Part shown: positions 62,956-64,000 of the stretch, piece by piece
Layout of the letters: every line of letters starts with the position of its first letter
Position numbering within the stretch: position 1 is the first letter of the stretch
Assembly (NCBI GenBank): GCA_964016885.1
Contig: OZ024740.1
Location: 182,714,001-182,778,000, forward strand
Source: Eledone cirrhosa
Lineage: Eukaryota
Length of the DNA: 64,000 bases
Direction: 5' to 3'
Translations under genes and position numbers: made by a program
The notes under the pieces: model-generated
What the model was told of the DNA's origin: nothing
Databases searched by the model: none
Seen by the model: the letters and a program-made list of their open reading frames with translations, nothing else

Positions 62956-63385
62956 AGTAAAAAAGCAAAGCAGGTAAAAGTAACTGCAAAGAAAGAACTG
63001 CTACAGAAACTGGCTAAGAAATGGCAAGAAAAGCCTCTGTATGGAAAATACCCAGAAAGAGCTAACAATCCTGATGTTGACAAAACTTTAACCCATCAAT
63101 GGTTGGAATCCTCTGGACTGAAATCAGAGACTAAAGGACTGATTATATCAGCGCAAGATCAGTGTCTGCCAACAAAGAATTATCAACCCAACATCATAAA
63201 AATTGGATGCAACCCATTATGCCATGTATGTAAAAAAAAAAAACCAAAGACCATTGATCATATAATTTTAAAGTGCAGACTTAAGCTCCAACCGAATACC
63301 TAAACAGGCACGACAGAGCTGCACAATACATACATTGAGTAATGTGTAAGCATTTTGACCTGCCCCATCAAAAGAATTAGTGGGA
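62956..63385 (+). mobile_element. R4/Dong-like fragment
   Basis: W.EKPLYGKY, THQWL.SSGLKSETKGLIISAQDQCL.T, CHVC..TIDHI, YLNRHD. Confidence 0.85.
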
Positions 63386-64000
63386 GAAGAAATTCAAAAC
63401 ATGGAAACATGGCTTAAAATCAACAGGCCTTAAAGTTAACATGTCTAAGACTAAAGTTCTAGTTTATAGAAAGGAAAATGGGCACAGGTGCCCTCAGGGA
63501 AATAACCATGCTCAGTGTGTAGGAAAGGAGTAGGCAGAAATTCCATTTTATGTCCCAAATGCAAAGTATGGGTACATAAAAGATGTAGTGGGATCACAGA
63601 TAAACTATCTAAGAACGTAGACTTTATATGTGGCCAATGCTCAGGTGCAATAAATAGCAAGTGTCCAAAGGATACTAGCTCCTTCTATTGCCCAGATGGT
63701 TCTATAGAAATAGTGGACAATTTCCGTTACCTGGGTGATGAAATCAGCAGTGGTGGAGGGTGTTCTGAAAGTACAGTAGCCAGAGTCAGAATGGGATGTA
63801 AAAAGTTCAGAGAGCTTATACCGCTGTTGGCCACAAAAGGTTTCTCTCTAGAAATGAAAGGCAGATTGTATGATGCCTGTATATGAACAGCAGTGAGACA
63901 TGGGCATTATGTGCAGAGGACCTGCGTAGACTGGAAAGGAACGAAGCATGAATGCTCCGTTGGATGTGTAATAGTAATATGTGAACAACAAAGCATAAAT
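63386..64000 (+). mobile_element. RTE ORF2 fragment running off the window end
   Basis: CRKGVGRNSILCPKCKVWVHKRC, FRYLGD, KGRLYDACI. Confidence 0.92.

Overview
AT-rich, repeat-saturated eukaryotic DNA with no prokaryotic genes. The (TA)n tracts, RTE LINEs ending in (GAT)n and tRNA-derived SINEs suggest a coleoid cephalopod such as Octopus (inference, not verified). Most of the window is decayed transposable elements: many RTE fragments with a PHD-type finger inside ORF2, a near full-length Tx1/L1-clade element plus two truncated copies, two R4/Dong-like fragments, a truncated Gypsy element, a Naiad-type Penelope-like element (PLE) and several SINE families. Scattered GT-AG exon candidates on the minus strand may belong to a PKD-repeat (polycystin-1-like) host gene (low to moderate confidence). 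The most interesting signals are RNA structures: (1) five loci with minimal hammerhead-ribozyme motifs showing stem covariation, including a U3:A8 core variant, two of them inside fold-back palindromes; (2) tandem H-type pseudoknots with compensatory changes in the 3' UTR shared by RTE LINEs and a SINE; (3) intronic inverted copies of candidate exons that could act as ADAR editing-complementary sequences. Most ORFs in the track are microsatellite artefacts or antisense TE frames. Boundaries of decayed elements were read by eye and are approximate.
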